A stretch of DNA of 64,000 nt from Malacoraja senta (GCA_038087875.1 CM075992.1:7752001-7816000), one strand, 5' to 3'; numbered from the stretch's first letter, positions 39,351 to 51,280 are shown. The notes: generated by a model from the letters alone, not told the origin. Translations and numbers: made by a program.

Positions 39351-41865
39351 AGAGATATCTATAAAACATTAAATAATTGTAATCCCCCATTCATGCCAAG
39401 TCTTTCACGCTTTAACTATCCTCTGCATAAAGAAAATTATCCTAATCTCTGAGGTGATCTAAAATTAATGTGTCCTTCTACTGACACTTAAACCAGCAAC
39501 AATCTTTTCCTATTCACATTCACAAAATGATTCATAAGTAATTGTAAATGAAATCAACAACTACACGCAGGTAAGATATAACTTTGCTGATCATGTATCC
39601 ACCTATCTGTCTTATTACTGGCTCACTGTTGCCTATCAGCAGATCATTTACACTGCATGCTTAGAGATAATGGAAAAATATTTATGGAAGGTTGTATTTT
39701 CAAAGCAGCAAGTACTCAATTTGGGTCAACTGTTGTGACAGGGATCAAGCAATGTCCAAGTTACTGCTAACAAGTAAGGGGTATTGAAATGCAAGTAAAT
39801 TGGGGATTCTGCAGTCAGCTCCGCTGCTTTGTGCATTGTGTGCTGGATAAAAATAATGCAAATGAAGGTGTAGTGGACACAATTGTATTAATATACATTT
39901 ACCCCAATCTTAAGAATCGTGACCAATACAAAACGTCTTTCCCAGCAACCCATTAAATGCAACAAAATATTTATATTTGACATAATTTTTATAGACCAGT
40001 CACAATTCATTCAAGCATGGGTTATAAGATCATGTCTGTATGTGATTATATTTTGAATTAAAATCATTTACTTGGGGAATTTTCTTTACATGTTTACTGT
40101 AAACGTCAGATGCAATAATTATTTGCCTCTCAATGAATCTACATTTCTCCAGTTAAGTTGGCCCAGTAAAAATTAAGTTCATAAATCAAAATAGTTTCCT
40201 GCTGCGCTCCTTTTAAGAAAAATTCAACCTTGCTAAATGCCTTTGTACATAACCTACAGTCTTCTAATTACATAATCTGATATAAAACAGACTCTTGGAC
40301 CACAACAAAGATCGACACAGGCCTGTGGTTTGGACCTGACTATCATTTCATTACTCTATAGCCTACATTGCATCTGCCCACTGAAACATCACTGACTATA
40401 GTAATCATGATTAAACGGATGATGTGAAGCACAACCAAATGAAGCATAGCGAGGCTTGGGGCACTGCTGCCAAATAATTCCTGGGGGACGATGCAAACGA
40501 CCACCAGGATGGCTAGCAAAAAATGTATATTAGTTGCTTCACGCTCAGCCTGCCTGACTGAAGAGACATCATCACTGATTCATTGACATGTACTTTTGTT
40601 TTTCATCTATGATGCCCAGTGCTGCACCTTTTTTTGTGCGGCTTGTCATTGTGTTTTACAAGGGGTCATTCTGATGTGCTGCACACTGCTCTCATGCTGA
40701 GGCCGTGGTTAGGAAAGTGGTGTTAATTGGTCCGTGCAAATCGCAACTGATTTTATACACGGTTCACCCAATAAAAAGCAGTCATAAAATTCAAATGATA
40801 ATTAAAAGCACACTGATATCAACTGTAAATCACAGTTCCAACTAGCAGCTTTTCTGTTCATTAGTGACTTCAATAATGTCTAATGTAGTACAATGACGAC
40901 CAAAACCAGCACTTTAAAAATACAGGAGTAATTAAATGGTAGATTAATACTTAATGCAGTAATCTATTGTCCAAAAATAAGGGGTTCTTGTACAATATGT
41001 TGCCATGTTCACAATGGAATGAACATGCGGTATTTGCAGCAATAGCTGCCAACGTATCGTCTTGAGGAAAAATACTACATGTTGGCAGCTATTTAAAATA
41101 TTTCATTTATTTTTTAACATTAAACAGAGGTAGAATGTTCGGCTCTAAATATGCTTAGTCGTTTTCAGTTTGAAGCTTCGCTATTGCTTCTGAATAAAAT
41201 AAAATGAAAGAATTTTCCCCGTGGGATGGGCAATATTTTGACACCGCTATGAATAATCTTTTTTAATGTACCTTACATCCACTACATCTGAAGGTGGCAG
41301 ATTGCTCAACATTAACGGTGCTTGATTATCTTCATAATATATCATTTACCTCCAAATAAACTGTGGCACAGATAATATAGCATCTTGAGAACTGTGTGTT
41401 AACCACAAAACCATATCTCGCAATTTTTACATTGGTCATAGCTGCTCCCAACATTGCCAGAGTAATTAATAAATTATTCATGTAGTGATATGGAGTCTTA
41501 AATAAAACTATTGTGAGCCGCAGGTCTCTGCTTGGCCTACCTTATTATATCTGAGATTGGGATGCCTTTCCTGGCTTAGTTGCCAGGAATGTGTTACAGC
41601 AATCTTATGAATACAGTAAATTTTTATTTTGAGTCAAGGTTATTTTAATTCTCGATTTGCTTTGATATATTAAAGAGAAAACAAAGCTGAAGAACTGGGA
41701 GTTTCTTGAAGGTCACATGATAAAAATTCCTCATGTCCAATCAGATTTTTTAAAATGTTTTTAAACTAGCAGCTACTGTTCTTTAGCTGACATTTGCAAC
41801 AAGTGTAACTTATGTGTCATGTATATACAGTAAGTTGTACTACAGTGAATATTCCACAAACAAGG

Positions 41866-42667
41866 AACTGCAACTGATGGTTAATGCACGAAAGGTCTCG
41901 ACCTGAATGTTACCTATCCATGTTTTCCAGAGATGCTGCCTAAAGCCCCTGTCCCACTTACATGTCCTTGGCATGCTAATTACGCGACCTCGTGGTCGCG
42001 TTGAGGCGCGACGGTCCCGCAAAGGTCGTGCGCGATTTCATGCGCCCCCACAGCCGTCTGGAGCGCATGACGTCATCTGAAGATGGACACAAAATGCAGG
42101 AGTACCTCAGCGGGACCAGCAGCATCTCTGGAGAAAAGGAATGGATGATATTTCGTGTCAAGACTCTTTTTCAGTCTGAAAGAAGGGTCTTGACCCGAAA
42201 CGTCACCCATTGCTTCTCTCCAAAGATGATGCCGGTCCCGCTGAGTTACTCCAGTATTTTGTGTCTATCTTCAATTTTCTTGGGAGTAGAAGTGGGGGCG
42301 GACCGGATCCGCAACGGCCGTGAACCCCAGGCCGAGCTCAGTGATCGTTTGCCTGCTTCTGCTGCTGTTGGAGGTGAGACGTTGCGTCGCGCCAGGGTCT
42401 TGGGCCTGTCCCACTTTGGCCGTCAGTTACGCGACAGGCCGTTGGCGTGCGAAGATTTCGTTCGGTACAAAATTTTGGAGCGCCGCGCGATACAGCTCAC
42501 AACTCCGTACACCTCCGCGCTTCTCAGTGGGACCGGCCCCGCGCGGCCACACGATACCCATGCGCCTCAACTCGACGACGACGTCGCGTAATTTGCGTGC
42601 CTAGGACACGCAAGTGTGACAGGGCCTTTACCTGCTGAGTTACTCAAGCACTTTGTGTCCCTTTTGC
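41866..42667. mobile_element. pLTR mini-element interrupted by a MITE
   Basis: AGATGCTGCC|MITE|CCTGCTGAGTTACTC; perfect 12-bp TSD CCACAAACAAGG (41854-41865 / 42668-42679). Confidence 0.8.
41944..42627. mobile_element. PIF/Harbinger-type MITE containing an inverted pLTR pair (42079-42272)
   Basis: TAA|AGCCCCTGTCCCACTT ... AAGTGTGACAGGGCCT|TTA; CpG-rich interior. Confidence 0.8.
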
Positions 42668-43339
42668 CCACAAACAAGGTTACCCAAATCTCAGCAGTCA
42701 AGCTGCAATTCCCTACATTGACCTTATTCGCCACTTCATAACCCTCTAAACCAGGGTGGATGAAAGTCATCCTCAATCCTAAGGGGTTGCCAGTAAAGAA
42801 AAATAATAATATATGGATCCACCAAATGTTACAAATGCCTGACTCGTGTAACAGCTCATACACACAAACTTTCATTTTGGAGACCGATGGGATGGATTTG
42901 CCAGCTGCTACAGGGTTGCACACATTTCTGCAGCCTGGACATTCAGTTTGCAGTTGCATTCTCAACTGTCCAGGTTTCAAACAAATTACAGGAATGAACC
43001 CTGCTGTAATCTGGGTAGGCCCTGCATGTCTTTAAGAAACATTGGGTACTATGTGATGTGACATCTGTTGCATTATGGTATAGATCACTTGAGCACACTA
43101 ATTATGAGCAGAAGTTGGCCTCTTGGCTCTTTGAGCCTACTCCACCATTTAACATCATAGCTGATCTGTCTATTGACTAATACTAAGATCATAAGTGATA
43201 GGAGCAAAATTAGGCCATTCGGCCCAACAAATCTACTCTCCCAATCTACTTAGGCCTTCTTTGTGTAGATAGATGGGTGAAGATATTAAATTAATATTTC
43301 ACATCAGTTTTTACTGAGATCATGGAAACTGAGGCATAT

Positions 43340-43510
43340 GGGGTGTGATATCCAAGACCATATACAAATTATAAAAGAAGACTTTTGGGCAAGTGCTTTA
43401 AGGTGGATCAATCCTGACCGAGTGCACCCTCCGATCCTCTGGGATGCAAGGGAAGAAATTACAGAGGCCCTTGCGGAGATTTTTGCATCATCATCAACCA
43501 CAGGTCAAGT
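43340..43510 (+). mobile_element. CR1 ORF2 fragment
   Basis: PDRVHPPILWDAREEITEALAEIFASSSTTGQV. Confidence 0.75.
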
Positions 43511-43736
43511 TGGGATTGCAGTAAATCAACTTGGCATTAGCTTAATATCCCTTGATGCAAGTGTATAATTTGAATAATTTTGCATGTATAGTTGTGGTTA
43601 AGAAGTGTTTACATTAAACACATTCTGCCAATGCATATTTAATTCTTTGAGTCAATATTTTCATAATAGTTTTGGCCTCTTGTGTAGTCAACTACACTGC
43701 TTTGTTGGTTCACTCTTTGACCATTATATCTTTGAC

Positions 43737-44300
43737 CAGAAAAACTTTTTGTATTTCGGTCTGTGGAGTAGGATTGTGGAACAGTTTGAATGTGGAATTA
43801 AAGCAATGTCCAAACATGAACCAGTTCAAAATGACATACAAAAAACTTTTTTTCACAAGGTACAGGGATGAAGGGGATGGTTGACAAACAGGGGTTAATG
43901 TTTATTTATTATTTTATTTATTTATTTATGTCTTTTGGTTACTTCATACATATTACTTGTATGTGTATATCAGTTGTATGTATATATATGTCTGTATGTT
44001 TCTCTAAAAATTGTCTGGGGTATTATTATTATTAATTAATTAATTATTAAATATGGAAGAAGGGTTTAGGGAGAAGGGGTGAGATTAAATAAGTTATTCT
44101 TCTTCTCACTCCTTTTCGAGCTTGTAAAGAAAAAGTGTTGGACATTTAAATTTTGCATTATGCTTTTCATTGCTTTGCAAATATTGCCTGGAATGTCCAA
44201 TGTTTAACAATTTTGATTTTATTGTTGTTATTTATTCCTATTTATGTCTTTACTTGTTCGGAACAAATAAATAAATAAATAAATAAATAGATAAATAAAT
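43737..44300 (+). mobile_element. L2-group (Crack/Daphne-like) LINE 3' end
   Basis: KTFCISVCGVGLWNSLNVELKQCPNMNQFK C-terminus, AT-rich 3' UTR, (TAAA)n tail at ~44265-44300. Confidence 0.6.
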
Positions 44301-44927
44301 ATCTGACCATGAGTCACAGCTTCTTGTCAACTATTAGTTGAGATTGAGACTGCTTTCTGTTAATTGAACATTGCCAAAATATTAAATATTTTTCTTTTAT
44401 AAATCATAACTTTCTATCACAACTGAACTAAACCCTGATAGCATTTGTGTACCTGCATCATAGAAAGATGAGTGGATTTGGCTGTTTAAAACCATGGGCT
44501 TTATAAACTGTATAATAGTAAGCAGAGTAAGTTTGATAAGTCATCTTCGGAAAAACATAAAGGCCTTGGAAAGGATGCGGAGATGGTTTACTAGATTGGT
44601 GTGTTGGATTCCAGTTACCTGAATACTAAAGAACTTAGAGCTGTTCTCCTAAAACAGAAAAGGTAGGGAAAATTCAATGGAGGTATTCAAGATCTTGAAT
44701 ATTCCACATAATTGACGACTGGCTTGAGGTGAAATAAGGATATCTAATTTTACACTTGGAGTTGTTCATGATTTGGAATGCAATGCCTAAAAATTCACTT
44801 TCAAAATTGTGTAACCATAGGAAAAGTCAGTAGAATGGAATGATTTTGATAGGTTTTTGCGTTAGATTCAGAATGAGCAAAATGGTCTCCTTTGGTGTTA
44901 TATTAGTTTGTTTCCAACTAAGTAGTT

Positions 44928-45015
44928 GGGGATCATGACAGAAGCCTCCTCGTGGCAATCCCCGGAAACGACGACACGATGCACTTTGTGACGCGTCGGG
45001 CGACCAATTCTGTCA
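44928..45015 (+). ncRNA. HDV-like self-cleaving ribozyme (88 nt)
   Basis: P1 GGGGATC/AATCCCC (6 of 7 paired), P2 TGACAGAA/TTCTGTCA, P3 GCC/GGC, L3 TCCTCGT, P1.1 CC/GG (44964-44965), P4 CGACG/CGTCG, J4/2 CCAA (putative catalytic C45004). Confidence 0.88.
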
Positions 45016-45077
45016 ATATGTTGGACAACAACGGAAGCCAACAGCGAGCTATGCGTCGTCTGACACGCGAGTGATCG
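44928..45077 (+). mobile_element. Short ribozyme-headed retroposon, family B (150 bp)
   Basis: CpG-rich insert between perfect 12-bp TSDs AACTAAGTAGTT (44916-44927 / 45078-45089). Confidence 0.88.
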
Positions 45078-45461
45078 AACTAAGTAGTTAGTAACTACGA
45101 CTGTATTTTCACTTGTATCAATTCACTTGGGGTTTATTCAATTCTAATTTTCAAAAAACTTTTCCCTGCAACTACAAATACTTAAAAGATTTATGCGGCA
45201 AAAATTCTAGTGTGGTCACAATAGAGATCTTAGAAGCAAGGGCTTTCCTACAAAGAGAAGGAAGTTGAAAGGAGTGTTAATCTGTACCACTTTTGCACCT
45301 TTTCAGGAGATAAGTTGCAGAATGATTTTAGTATAAATCTGAAAGCAAGTTACTCGATTCCCTGGTGAATGAATATTGCATGGGAAGAGAGGAATAGTTA
45401 GAACAAGAACTGAGAAAGAAAGAATGTATTATGAAATCAAGATATTAGAATGACATGCCAA

Positions 45462-46482
45462 TCTTCTCCCTCTCCCCTCAATTACATGCTTCATTTACTA
45501 ACCAGCTTCCGATCTTTTTATGGAGAGAGAGCTGAATTGTTAACACTTTTTCTTCTCTAGTCAGATGCTGCCTAACCTGCAAAGCAGCTTTAAGATGCAG
45601 CAGTTTTCAACATTGGGGAGGAAAAGTACATCTTGCAGACATTTGGTTTCATTGTCAATGTTGATGTTGGATCTAGATGTTCAGAATGGCAATGTATTCT
45701 CAGTTTGGGTATCCAAATCCAACAAGGTCAACAGTTGAAAAGGATGGTAGAAATTTGAACTTGCCATAACACATACGCCAATTTAAGAGAAACAGCAAAG
45801 GAGATTTGCATCAAGTTAAGTCTTTGACAGCTCATTGAGAAATTTGACAGAAGTGCTTCTATATGAAGAATCGCCCCAGGCCTTGCTTCCTGCCACAGTG
45901 GACTACCAACACCATTCATCAGAATTAAAAATAAAAGAATAAAACTAGTATTCATGTGCCTTCTCTGACTACAAGTTCTTGAGTACACTCTAAGCATGTT
46001 TCTATCTGGCCATCTCATTACAGTGACCAAAACTAACAGATATTGTCATTGCTAAATAGTGATATTGGTTCCAGTCTATCGTGCACAGCTAAGTAATAAA
46101 GCTTTTAGTTTGAATCTTTGTCAACCAGTGTAAGTGCAACTCTCCACAGAGACACATGGAACTGCCATATTTTCAATTTAATGCAAAAGTCTCTATTGTT
46201 GTATAGTTAATGGCTTCCTTTATATATCACACTCGCATAATTTCTGGTTTGACAATATGAATTTACAGCTCCAATGATGTCAGCTTTCACTTTTACACAA
46301 AGCACACTTTATTCGGCATATTCAATACATCTTTCATTGAACATTGGACAAGCTTCTCCAAATATTGCTGTCTTCTCCCTCTCCCCTCAAATACTTGCTT
46401 AATTTACTAACTGGCTTCCTATGGAGAGAGAGCTAAAATGTTAACATTTGTTTCTTCTCCTCATGGATGTTGCCTAACCTGC
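45462..46482 (+). repeat. Diverged direct repeat pair (~115 bp; 45462-45580 and 46372-46482)
   Basis: TCTTCTCCCTCTCCCCTCAA..ATGGAGAGAGAGCT..GATG(C/T)TGCCTAACCTGCAA occurs twice. Confidence 0.85.
45773..46345 (+). repeat. ~600-bp duplicated segment, copy 1
   Basis: Colinear with 50453-51092, e.g. GAGATTTGCATCAAGTTAA..TGCCACAGTGGACTACCAACACCATTCATCAGAAT..GAATTTACAGCTCCAATGAT. Confidence 0.9.
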
Positions 46483-48185
46483 AATGAAGCACGAGGCTGC
46501 ATTCTCAGTTTTTATTTCAGTAGTATTCAGCAGTTTTGTTACTTGTGTACTCCTGAGACTAAAACCAAATTCAACCCAAGATAATGAAAGTCTTCCCTCT
46601 GTAATGTCCATAAGGACTTTACAGAAATAGGTTTAGGATGGTTTTGGTACAGTTTTCCATTAGCCATGATTTGACATAAATTGGAGCATTATAAGAAAGG
46701 ATTACAAAATAAAGGTACTCTTTTGGGATTGGGATTATCACAGGATTGCGGAGAAAAGGGGCATGTTGCACACCTTGGGTTGTGTTGTCGATGTTGATGT
46801 GGAATCCAGGTGTTCAGAACGGCAATGTACTCTATTCACAGATTTGGTATCCATATCGAACAAGCTCAGCAGTTGAAAGGGAAGATAAAAAATTGAAACT
46901 ATTCCATAAAAAGCAATCAATGCTAGCTCAATTAATAAAGATAGATTTGGATCCAAGGAAGATAAAAGGTGTTAGTTCCACTTCAATTGATGGAACAAAC
47001 AGAGAAGACTGAATTCCAATATTCCTGCTCAGAAATAGAAGAGGAAAAGGACATCAACTTTAGTAGAATTTACCTACATTTAGCTTAGTCATGTCTAATT
47101 TGATAGCAAGACATTTCTTTTTTTGTTTTTATTTACTCCTTCGGAGAACAAGGCATAGCTATGGGCACGCGCATGGGTCCTAGCTACGCCTGCCTCTTTG
47201 TAGGGTATGTCGAACAATCCTTGTTCGAGGCATACCATGGCCCTATCCCCGAACTTTACCTCCTCTACATCGACGACTGCATTGGTGCTACTTTTGGCAC
47301 CTATACACAGAACTCACTGACTTCATCCGTTTCACCACTAACTTCCATCCGGCACTCAAATACACCTGGACCATTTCCGACATCTCCCTACCGTTTCTAG
47401 ACCTCACTATCTCCATCGCAAGTGACAGACTACTGACCGACATCTACTATAAACCCACTGACTCCCTTGGCTATCTAGACTACTCTTCTTCCCACCCTGC
47501 TTCCTGTAAGAACTCCCAATTCCTCCGTCTGCGCCGCATCTGCATCCAGGATGAGGCGTTCCACACCAGGGCATCGGAGATGTCCTCATTTTCAGGGACA
47601 GGGGTTCCCCTCTTCTACTATAGATGAGGCTCTCACCAGGGTCTTATATACCCCGTAACTCTGCTTTCACTCCCCATCCCCCCACTCGTAACAAGGGCAG
47701 TCCCCCTTGTCCTCACCTTCCACCCTACCAGCCGTCACATACAACAAATAATCCTCCGACATTTTCGCCACCTCCAACAGGATCCCACCACTGGCCACAT
47801 CTTCCCATCTCCTCCCCTTTTGGCTTTCCGCAGAGACCGCTACCTCCGTAACTCCCTGGTCAATTCGTCCCTTCCCACCCAAACCACCCCCTCTCCTGGC
47901 ACTTTCCCTTGCAACCGCAGGAAATGCTACACTTGTCACTTTACCTCCCCCCTTGATTTCATCCAAGGACCCAAGCCGTCTTTCGAGGTGCGGCAGAGGT
48001 TCACCTGCACCTCCTCCATCTCATCTATTGCATCCGCTGCTCTAGGTGTCAGCTGCTCTACATCGGTGAGACCGAGCGTAGGCTTGGCGATCGCTTCGCC
48101 CAAAACCGCTCGGTTCGCAATAACCAACCTGATCTCCCGGTGGCTCAGCACTTCAACTCAAACTCAACTTCAAACGCACTTCAAG

Positions 48186-48686
48186 CGTAGATTTACAAGG
48201 TTAATTCCCGGGATTGCGGGACTCTCATATGCTGAGAGAATGGAGCAGCTGGGCTTGTACACTCTGGAGTTTAGAAGGATGAAAGGGGATCTCATTGAAA
48301 CATATAAGATTGTTAAGGGCTTGGACACACTAGAGGCAGGAAACATGTTCCCGATGTTGGGGGAGTCCAGAACCAGGGGCCACAGTTTAAGAATAAGGAG
48401 TAAGCCATTTAGAACGGAGACGAGGAAACACTTTTTCTCACAGAGAGTTGTGAGTCTGTGGAATTCTCTGCCTCAGAGGGCGGTGGAGGCAGGTTCTCTG
48501 GATGCTTTCAAGAGAGAGCTAGATAGGGCTCTTACAAATAGCAGAGTCAGGGGATATGGGGAGAAGGCAGGAACGGGGTACTGATTGGAGATGATCAGCC
48601 ATGATCACATTGAATGGCGGTGCTGGCTCGAAGGGCCAAATGGCCTGCTCCTGCACCTATTGTCTATTATCTATTGTCTATTGTCT
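48186..48686 (+). mobile_element. Young CR1 3' fragment nested in the Penelope-like element
   Basis: RRFTRLIPGIAGLSYAERMEQLGLYTLEFRRMKGDLIETYKI..FFSQRVVSLWNSLP; (CTATTGT)n tail. Confidence 0.92.
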
Positions 48687-48941
48687 AACTCCCCCTCCCA
48701 TTCCAAATCCAACCTTTCTGTCCTGCCTCCTCCATGGTCAGAGTGAGGCCCACCGTAAATTGGAGGAGCAGCACCTCATATTTCGCTTGGGTAGTTTACA
48801 CCCCAGCGGTATGAACACTGACCTCCAATTTTAGGTAGTCCCTGCTTTCTCCTTCTTTTCCCTTCCCACTCTCCCACAGCCCACTGTCTCCGCCTCTTCC
48901 TTTCTTCTTCCCGCCCCCCCCCCCCCCACTCCCACATCTGT

Positions 48942-48969
48942 CTGAAGAAGGGTCTCGACCCGAAACGTC
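48942..48969 (+). ncRNA. Minimal type I hammerhead ribozyme core in a Penelope pLTR
   Basis: CTGAAGA-A-GGGT-CTCG-ACCC-GAA-ACGT-C: CUGANGA box, stem II, GAAA, palindromic ACGU stem III, GUC cleavage triplet. Confidence 0.8.
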
Positions 48970-49370
48970 GCCTATTTCCTTCGTTCCATAGATGCTGCCT
49001 CACCTGCTGAGTTTCTCCAGCATTTTTGTCTACCTCGGAGAACATGGATGTCACTTACAATACTTGCTATACTACCCATCCCGAATTATCCCTAAATTGA
49101 GAATTCAGTTAAGTTTTCCTCCACTTGCATTTAAACCAGACCTATTCAGGGCAGTAGATTTCCTTTCCCTAAGGTCATTAATGAAGTAGTGGTGTTTTTA
49201 TGACAATACGGTGCTTACTGGATAGAGATTAGCATATTTTTATAAATGTATTTAATTACCTCAATTTAAATCCTCCAGTTGCCATGCGATGGGCCAGAAG
49301 TCTGCCTATATGCAGTAACTGGCATGCTATAACTCTTGATATTTGTCCAATGATTTAACTAGCATTCTAA

Positions 49371-49540
49371 GTTTTCAAGAAGGAACAGCAGATGCTGGAA
49401 AATCGAAGGTAGACAAAAATGCTGGAGAAACTCAGCGGGTGAGGCAGCATCTATGGAGCGAAGGAAATAGGCAACGTTTCGGGCTGAAACCTTTCTTCAG
49501 ACATGTAGGGTGGGGGGGGGGTGCGGGAAGAGGAAAAGAC
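49371..49540 (-). mobile_element. Penelope pLTR with hammerhead core (49473-49500)
   Basis: Minus strand CTGAAGAAAGGTTTCAGCCCGAAACGTT followed by pLTR consensus. Confidence 0.8.
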
Positions 49541-49543
49541 TTG

Positions 49544-49997
49544 AGGCTCTGTCCCACGGGTTTGCGGTTGTTGGCGGTGAAGCGCGGCGTCGCCGGAAGA
49601 GGGGACCGCACGGCAACCACGAGAGCGCCGCACGGATGCTGCGCGGGGGGCCAAGTACGGCCGGTTCCACGAGCTTGCTGTTTCGGCTTTCAGATCGCGG
49701 GGCTGTGGCTGCGGCCGTGCCGCACACGCGCCTCACTAGCGGCGGCTGTGGCGGCGGCCGTGCCACACACGTGACTCACTGGCGGAGGCTGTGGCGGTGC
49801 AAGTTCGACGCACGCGCTCGTGCCGCACTGGCGGCGGCTGTGCGGTAGGAACATATTTTTGAACAGTGTTGGTTTTATTTTAGCACCGTGCGGTGTTGGG
49901 AACTGCGTTTGACCGAGTGCGCGGTCTATGGCGGCCCAGGAGCGGTAGATTCTACCTGTTTCGCCGCCAATGACCGCAGACTCGTGAGACAGGCCTT
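49544..49997. mobile_element. GC-rich PIF/Harbinger-type MITE
   Basis: AGGCTCTGTCCCACGGGTTTGCGGTTGTTGGCGGTGAA ... TTCGCCGCCAATGACCGCAGACTCGTGAGACAGGCCTT, imperfect ~38-bp TIRs. Confidence 0.75.
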
Positions 49998-50452
49998 TAA
50001 CTAACTAACTAGCATTCTAAAATTGGTGCATTCACCTGTTTTTTGTAGAAAATGAAAATAAATTGTAATGCTTAAAAATTGCTCCCAACAGGAGCAGTTT
50101 TTTAAAATCAGACCGTCTTAAATATTTTTAAATTTTCCATCGATAACTTCTTCACTTTCATCTATCTTCCTGCTTTCACAGCATTTTTTTTCAAGATGTG
50201 CATAATCTGATTTATATGCAAATATTCAATATACAGCTTTGTTTAAAAATGGATTAAAAGGAAAAAGCATGCAGTGTATATTTCCCAAAGATGAAAGCCA
50301 CAGACAGAAACAAGTCAAAATTGTAAGAAAAGCTCATGCAAAATTCCCTTTGAAGTCAATTTGTAACAAAATCTGTGAAAATCTGCTTACATTGTATTTG
50401 CATTGCCTTAAGTCTCAGCCAACTACAACATGCCTCAACACATGGCGGGACT

Positions 50453-51092
50453 ATATGCCAAATTAAGAGACGCAGCAGACGAGATTTGCATCAAGTTAAC
50501 AGTCTTTGACAGCTCATTGAGAAATTTGAAAGAAATGCTCCTATATGAAGAATCGCCCAAGGCCTTGCTTGCTGCCACAGTGGACTACCAACACCATTCA
50601 TCAGAATGAAAAATTAAAGAATAAAACTAATATTCATGTGCCTTATCTCACTACAAGCTCTTGAGTACACTCTAAGCATGTTCCTAGCTAGCCATCTCAT
50701 TACACAGTGACCAAAACCTAACAGATATTGTCATTGCTAAGTAGAGATATTGTTTCCATATAGCCACAGGCACAGCAAGAAGACATTTTAATTTAATCAG
50801 TCTATCATGCTCAGCTAAGTAATAAACCATTTCTTTAGTTTGAATCTTTGTCAACCAGTATACTTACACAGTTTGAAGTGCAACTCTCCACAGAGACACA
50901 TGGAACTGCCATGTTTTCAATTTAATGCCAAAGTCGCTATTGTTGTAGAGTTAATGGCTTCCTTTATATATCACACTCATGTAATTTCTAGTGTGACAAT
51001 ATGAATTTACAGCTCCAATGATAAGTCAACTTTCATTTTTGTATGAATCACACTTTATTAAGCATGTTCAATACATTTTTCATTTGGACATT
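50453..51092 (+). repeat. ~600-bp duplicated segment, copy 2
   Basis: Colinear with 45773-46345 with several indels. Confidence 0.9.
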
Positions 51093-51280
51093 AGGTTTAG
51101 AACTAAGTAAATAATCAGCCATAGATATTTTTTATTATATTACCAGAAAAACATACCACTGCAATGGCAACTAAACAAAACAATTTTATAAACAAAGACT
51201 TGATAGATATATAAGCGATACAGAATAAGTATCTTGTCGTAAGCTCTCTGTCCTGCTCTCTCAAACCTATTCTCACTAAA

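Larger units (their letters stand above)
47148..49034 (+). mobile_element. Penelope-like element (RT, GIY-YIG and pLTR), frameshifted, interrupted by CR1
   Basis: QGIAMGTRMGPSYACLFVGYVE..YIDDCIG RT motifs; RKLEEQHLIFRLG C-terminus; pLTR with hammerhead core. Confidence 0.92.

Noticed and set aside
41992..42638. Overlapping ORFs up to 199 aa
   Set aside because: They run through a GC-rich MITE and a pLTR insert; low stop density explains them.
47820..48584. Longest ORF (254 aa)
   Set aside because: Chance in-frame fusion of a frameshifted Penelope segment with a nested CR1 ORF2 tail; not a gene.
49343..49848. Cluster of Ala/Arg/Gly-rich ORFs and an apparent CpG island
   Set aside because: Almost entirely within a pLTR and a TIR-bounded MITE; no promoter or exon evidence.
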